The notes beneath the pieces are model-generated. The model was not told the origin of the DNA, searched no databases, and saw only the letters and a program-made list of their open reading frames with translations. This document shows, one piece after another, positions 61,568-64,000 of a stretch of 64,000 nt of DNA; the stretch's first letter is position 1; each line of letters opens with the position of its first letter. Both the position numbers and the translations under genes were made by a program. Source of the DNA: a bacterium (GTDB lineage: Bacteria; UBA8248); NCBI GenBank assembly GCA_965213685.1, contig CBDBZY010000018.1, forward strand, positions 704,001 through 768,000, read 5' to 3'.

Positions 61568-63455
61568 AGGACTTCTTGAACAACTCAGTTTGACGTAGAT
61601 GAATACCTCTAATTCCATCATGTCTCTCTCTCTCAAGTGAGCTCTAAATGGTGAGTCTGGTTCCCAGACCAATGCTCTCCATTCATGGACCAAGTTCTCC
61701 TCATAGTGCATGCATGTGCACCATGTCTGGAAACAAGTGCAAAGTCTGAGAATGAGGCTGCAGAGGGTGATCAGAGTGGGCATTTCGTGATGGCAAGTCT
61801 TCCAGTGTTCCTCACAGACCAATCTCTCAATATGTGTGTACATGTACATGTACATGTATGTATGCTTAATCAATTAGCTATTTAAATATTCCAAGCATTT
61901 CTACGCTCTCATTCTGTTTCTGTCTGCCTGTCTGTCTGGTTCTGTCTCCCTGTCCATGTGTTTGTCTGTTCTGCTGTCCCTATTGGAACTCTCTTTGCCT
62001 TCAGAATTAATTTTCTTTTCCTTCTCACCACAGAGCAAGTATAGGTGTGCTACTTCATTTTGATGGTGGGTCAGTGTAATCTCCCGACTACAAGTGTGAC
62101 TACAAGTACACTGCAGGCAAGTATAGCAGCCTTTCATGCAGCCACAGAGAGCAAGTGGTGGCTATCCTCTCAGAGTGAGTGGTTCTGGTGAGATACATGT
62201 TCACTGCACACCTCAATCACTGATACTTGTCCACTGCAGTGGCTGTTCTCAGCTGCGTTGACGGGTGGGAAGAGACAGTGAGGAAGGAATTACTGAAGCT
62301 GAGACAAGAAACATTGTTGACGTCATGACTGCTTTTAAATTCATTGTGAATGTATGCTGTTATGTACATGTACGTGTAATTAATTTTCTCCTGCCACTTC
62401 CTGCGCAACATACCGCGTATAAAGGGCTCACAGTGGCGTTTAACTCCATGAGAACTGATATACATGTACATGTGCCATAGATATCCCATGGATGGGACTT
62501 TGAACTCGTGGGAATAGCAGATCCTTTGGTACGTTTGTTGATGCGTAGCTCCACGGACGAAGAAGGAAAGATCGACATAAAAACGATGGCCGTTTCGAAA
62601 AAGATCAACGTGTGAAGACGTGCGTTTCCAAGACGTTAGAGACTTACATGTACGCGTACCGCGTACTGCCGCGGGTGAGCTGCATAAGATGATCTACCAG
62701 CTTGCTGGACACAAAGGCAGAAGCGGCATTTCAGGAACCGAGCAGTGAGTGTGTGCTCTCACTCTCACGCTGTTGACAGACTCTCTCACTGACGGACGTT
62801 AGACATTAGACAGTGTTGGTGTCAGTCTTATACATGTCTACTCACTTGCTCTGCATGCGCACATTATGCATACATATTGCTGTACATGTACATGTTACGT
62901 TGTCTCTACTACTGCTACATGTACCATCTTTCATTTTCTTGTTATACCTCATTCCTCTACCTCAAACTTTGTCTATTCTATTCCTATTCCTATCACATAT
63001 TGAGAGCCGCTAGTTATATGCACGTCTTGCGTATGCATGCACATTTCTATTTACTCTCCCTCCCTCCCTCCCTCCTCACTATCTCTGTCCTTCTCATTGA
63101 CAAGGACATTTTGATATTTTAGTATTACTGCCAGTCAAAAGAATGTTCCAACATACACATATACATGTAAATCCTGTTGGAGAACAATGCTCTCTTGTCA
63201 GACTGTACTAACTGTTGTTAACTGTGATGTCATCTGTGTGTCTCTTTATAGCATGTATAGTGATGTAATGGTGTAGGCTTATTTAGAACTTTGTGTTGGC
63301 TGTGTAGTTCCAGCCACATGTTCATAAGAGTCAGTGCAATCACTTATTGTCAAAGCCGAGTCAGTCGCAAGTGCTTCTCTTTGCAACATACCCATCCTTT
63401 AATTACACCATTCACATTTCACTTGATATATTCCTTCCCCACAACCACATGCGTG

Positions 63456-63545
<90 letters not shown>

Positions 63546-63745
63546 TACAAGATACAACCCCCTGTGACACCTTACCTTTTACCTTCACCTTCAGCTGATA
63601 CCAATTCTTCCTCTTCCTTCCCCCACTTCCCCCCTTTGTTCCTCATCCTTACCTTTCTCCCTCTCCTGCTCACCCACCAAGATAAGATACTATTCCAACT
63701 ATGTCCCTGCCCCATGCTGTGATGAGCTAGTGAGGTGGTGCCTAC

Positions 63746-63832
63746 CTTCACTCTCTCTCCTCTGCCGTTCTTCCTCCAACTTGGACCCACTCAGGACATT
63801 AGTTAGTGTCCACTTATCTTCCTCTTCACACT
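63746..63832 (-). CDS. Gene B post-Kelch exon (its Kelch exons are expected beyond the window end)
   Basis: Same sequence and splice sites as 21254-21340, inside a near-identical block (about 62700-64000 vs 20200-21510). Confidence 0.7.
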
Positions 63833-64000
63833 CTGCAGTGGAGGCAGAGATACATGTGCAGTTACCTAGGCAATCCTCTTGCCAGTAATTAGTGCAGTAC
63901 TCCTCCCTCTGCCCACAGAGGAGATCACATTACATCATCCACTCACACCTGACATCCTGTGCATAGTGCACTATGTACCCACAGGGAGGACATGCCACAG

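Overview
AT-rich, microsatellite-laden, intron-containing animal DNA. The gene families, (TACATG)n runs and tRNA-like repeats look like a demosponge; this is an inference and was not confirmed by a search. The main content is two tandem minus-strand paralogues of a multi-exon gene that I reconstructed by hand from GT-AG sites and intron phases: Kelch beta-propeller -> Roc-COR GTPase -> ZU5-UPA -> Death domain. Copy A spans about 26048->2606 and has a 1-bp frameshift in Roc. Copy B runs from beyond 64000 to at least 54350 and is open in every exon I could read. The post-Kelch exon, the adjoining intron and the Roc-COR exon are close in sequence between copies. The ZU5-UPA-DD tails are very divergent, and each carries a candidate autoproteolysis motif (HFS in A, HFC in B). 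This suggests a modular, exon-shuffled, NLRP1/PIDD-like signalling receptor family. The spacer and introns hold many decayed mobile elements: two CR1/L2-type LINEs, a CRE-like RLE LINE, a CCHC LINE 3' end, P-superfamily elements with 7-bp TSDs (including a palindromic two-left-end element and a 36-bp mini element), AcademH-like MITEs, a Merlin-like MITE, Tc1/mariner-type MITEs and tRNA-derived repeats. There is also a SIN3 PAH1 pseudogene fragment and antisense LRR exon relics. Most long ORFs in the supplied track are microsatellite artefacts.
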